A DNA stretch of 64,000 nucleotides from Octopus sinensis. Taxonomy: Eukaryota. The stretch is from contig NC_042998.1 of assembly GCF_006345805.1 (NCBI RefSeq), positions 203,670,001 to 203,734,000 of the forward strand, in the 5' to 3' direction. This document shows, piece after piece, positions 63,030-64,000 of the stretch. Numbering within the stretch: position 1 is the stretch's first letter; each line of letters begins with the position of its first letter. A program made the translations under genes and the position numbers. The notes under the pieces were generated by a model, which was not told the DNA's origin, made no database searches, and saw only the letters and a program-made list of their open reading frames with translations.

Positions 63030-63308
63030 CAATGCTTGTCCAGAAAATTCTCCGCAAGAAATCTCGCCATACAGGAAAATTCGCCATAAGACAAATCCAC
63101 CGAATGGACAATGATAAGGCGTATTATATCAGAATTTTTTTAAATAAGAAAAAAAGAATGATAAAAGGTTTTATAAAAGCACTAAATAGACAAGATTTTA
63201 TTCAAAACCCAAACATAGAAAAAAAACTTGATGAGGTCACTTAAAACGAAATTTCTTACGGTAAATTTTTCTTCGGAAAAAATGTTTACTGCAAAATTTC
63301 CTATAACC
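63030..63308. mobile_element. Old MITE-like remnant with degenerate repetitive terminal inverted repeats
   Basis: AGAAAATTCTCCGCAAGAAATCTCG (left) versus the reverse complement of CGAAATTTCTTACGGTAAATTTTTCT (right). Confidence 0.35.
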
Positions 63309-63608
63309 TGATGAGCGTTCTAAATCTCAAATCAGTTTAAGAATCAATAGCTACAATTGCCGATAAACCGTTTCTATTGGTTTAATAATTTTATGCTATC
63401 GATCAGTCAATCGCTTTCCTTACAAACTAAATATATAAAAAAAATATTTAAAAAAAACCCCTGAAGTATTCAATCAGCGTTAGTTCAAGTAGAAAACATT
63501 TTAGAAGTATTTTCCCTACAAGTTGTGATGCATTAAATGACAGGGAAAACAAATAAAAATATGAATGTATGTATATATATATACACGTATATAAGTATAT
63601 ATATTTAT

Positions 63609-63840
63609 GGCGGCGAGCTGTCAGAATCGTTAGCACGCCGGACGAAATGTTTAGTAGCATTTTATCTGCCGTTACGTTCTGAGTTCACATTCCGCCGAGG
63701 TCGATTTTGCCTTTCATCTTTTCGGGATCGATTAAATAAGTACCTGTTACGCATTGGGGTCGATGTAATCGATTTTATCTCTTTGTCTGTCCTTGTTTTC
63801 CCCCTCTGTGTTTAGCCCCCTGTGGGCAATAAAGAAATAT
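63609..63840 (+). mobile_element. SINE family D
   Basis: GGCGGCGAGCTG.CAGAATCGTTAGCACGCCGG ... TTTAGCCCCCTGTGGGCAATAAAGAAATA. Confidence 0.85.
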
Positions 63841-63861
63841 ATATCAGTATATATATGTATG

Positions 63862-64000
63862 ATAGATCGCTAGCCACTACATATTCTTTATTTTCTCTCC
63901 CTGGTTCTTTCTGTGCTCCTTTCTGTGAAAGAGCGTAGGCTCGAAATGTTAAAGACTTTTTCACTTCCCGATCGTTAAACTAATACATCTGTTTGTGTCT
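63862..64000 (+). mobile_element. Copy of the 53237-53418 element with a decayed hammerhead (runs off the window end)
   Basis: GATAGATCG.TAGCCACTAC...CTTTCTGTGAAAGAGCGTAGGCTCGAAATGTTAAAGAC. Confidence 0.7.

Overview
AT-rich, repeat-saturated animal genomic DNA with a 100-N assembly gap at 42216-42315. The microsatellite load and tRNA-derived SINE families are most consistent with a coleoid cephalopod such as Octopus; this is an inference and was not checked against a database. I could not support any host protein-coding exon, and most listed ORFs are translations of microsatellites. The recognisable coding remnants are all from retroelements: Penelope-like elements (two RT remnants with the GGLYRDD catalytic motif and two GIY-YIG endonuclease remnants), a HERO/R2-superfamily element with a restriction-like endonuclease, two R4/Dong-type endonuclease 3' ends, CR1/L2-type 3' ends and a gag-like CCHC ORF1. 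The window also holds dozens of SINEs from at least four families, two non-autonomous Helitrons, hAT and Tc1 remnants, and several unrelated near-perfect hairpin elements. The most interesting signal is a set of about nine short elements carrying type I hammerhead ribozyme motifs (CUGANGA - stem II - GAAA - stem III - NUH - stem I). Their stem III sequences all differ yet stay self-complementary (ACGATTGT, AATCGATT, ACACGT, AGCGCT, ACGT, ACCGGT), as expected for the dimer-active minimal hammerheads of Penelope pseudo-LTRs. One pair is head-to-head inside a 200-bp palindrome. All structures were folded by eye and cleavage is untested.
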